In this document: positions 34,883 to 35,596 of the stretch, one piece after another
Numbering within the stretch: position 1 is the stretch's first letter
Layout of the letters: every line of letters begins with the position of its first letter
Notes under the pieces: generated by a model
What the model was told of the DNA's origin: nothing
The model's input: the letters and a program-made list of their open reading frames with translations, nothing else
The model's database searches: none
Assembly: GCF_041146345.1 (NCBI RefSeq)
Contig: NW_027191416.1
Location: forward strand, 1-35,596
Direction of reading: 5' to 3'
DNA length: 35,596 bases
Source of the DNA: Neodothiora populina
Taxonomy: Eukaryota
Made by a program: the position numbers and the translations under genes

Positions 34883-35275
34883 ATGAGAATTTTAAAAAGT
34901 CATCCCCTTCTTACTTTAGCAAATGGTTATTTAGTGGATTCACCACAACCATCAAACTTAAGTTACTTATGAAATTTCGGTTCATTATTAGCCGTGTGTT
35001 TAATTATACAAATCGTAACAGGTGTAACTTTAGCCATGCATTATAATCCTAGTGTATTAGAAGCATTTAACTCTGTTGAGCATATAATGCGTGATGTAAA
35101 TAACGGATGATTAGTTCGTTACTTACACTCAAACACGGCTTCAGCCTTCTTCTTTTTAGTTTATCTACACATCGGAAGAAACTTATACTACGGATCATAT
35201 AGAGCACCTAGAACATTAGTGTTTTCTATCGGTGTTGTTATATTTATATTAATGATAGTAACAGCATTCCTGGGT
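34883..35275 (+). CDS. cob: Apocytochrome b, exon 1 (393 nt)
   Basis: MRILKSHP...SYLWNFGSLL...RYLHSN...TAFLG. Confidence 0.98.
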
Positions 35276-35596
35276 TTGTTACATAGCCCAAAATGGTTTA
35301 TACTTAACCATAACCACAACAACAACAACAACAACAACAAATCTCCTCATACTTTTGCAAAAGTAAAGCCATTGAATGCAATAGGTAAAAGAACTTTTTC
35401 TTCCGCTGGAAGCGGAAAAAGAAGTTTCCATGTATCCATACCACGTAAACAAGATAGTATAGAATTGAAGAATTTTATAGCAGAAAAAAACCTGAAACCG
35501 GTTTTTATATATGAAAACCTATCAGATAATAATGTTAAGACTAGAGTATTAAATGAAACTCGTAATCTTAGTGGTATTTATTTAATTTTAAATAAG
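35276..35596 (+). mobile_element. cob-393 group I intron, 5' part, carrying the N-terminal 107 codons of the GIY-YIG ORF
   Basis: Open in frame with exon 1 to the last base (…SGIYLILNK). Confidence 0.92.
35318..35338 (+). repeat. (AAC)7 microsatellite, poly-Asn in the intron ORF linker
   Basis: Seven perfect AAC units. Confidence 0.95.

Overview
This window is a complete circular mitochondrial genome of a filamentous ascomycete (genetic code 4, TGA=Trp, so the supplied ORF track breaks most genes). Circularity is shown by a GIY-YIG ORF in the cob intron that reads in frame across the 35596/1 junction. Genes on both strands, a free-standing rps3 and an intron-less rnl suggest a Dothideomycete (possibly Cladosporium-like); this is inference only. 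Content: cob, cox1-3, nad1-6, nad4L, atp6, atp8, rps3, rns, rnl, 25 tRNAs covering all 20 amino acids, and three group I introns (cob-393 GIY-YIG; cox1-240 and cox1-1107 LAGLIDADG). No atp9 was found. Beyond the standard set I see: (1) a mitochondrial RNase P RNA (rnpB) between atp6 and cox3; (2) a highly structured ~290-nt non-coding element just downstream of nad5 that I cannot assign to a family; (3) a chimeric ORF starting with a near-identical copy of the nad2 5' end, forming an inverted repeat that could flip 9.1 kb; (4) two acidic orphan ORFs with NLS-like tails lying in the -1 frame over the ends of cob and cox3, with A-rich slippery sites at the cob junction and inside the cox3-linked ORF; (5) a repeated TTAGTAATGTA promoter-like motif; (6) a second orphan ORF in the cox1-1107 intron, whose LAGLIDADG ORF has a catalytic E>K change; (7) a T-armless tRNA-Met-like relic. 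All coordinates were read by eye; rRNA ends are approximate.
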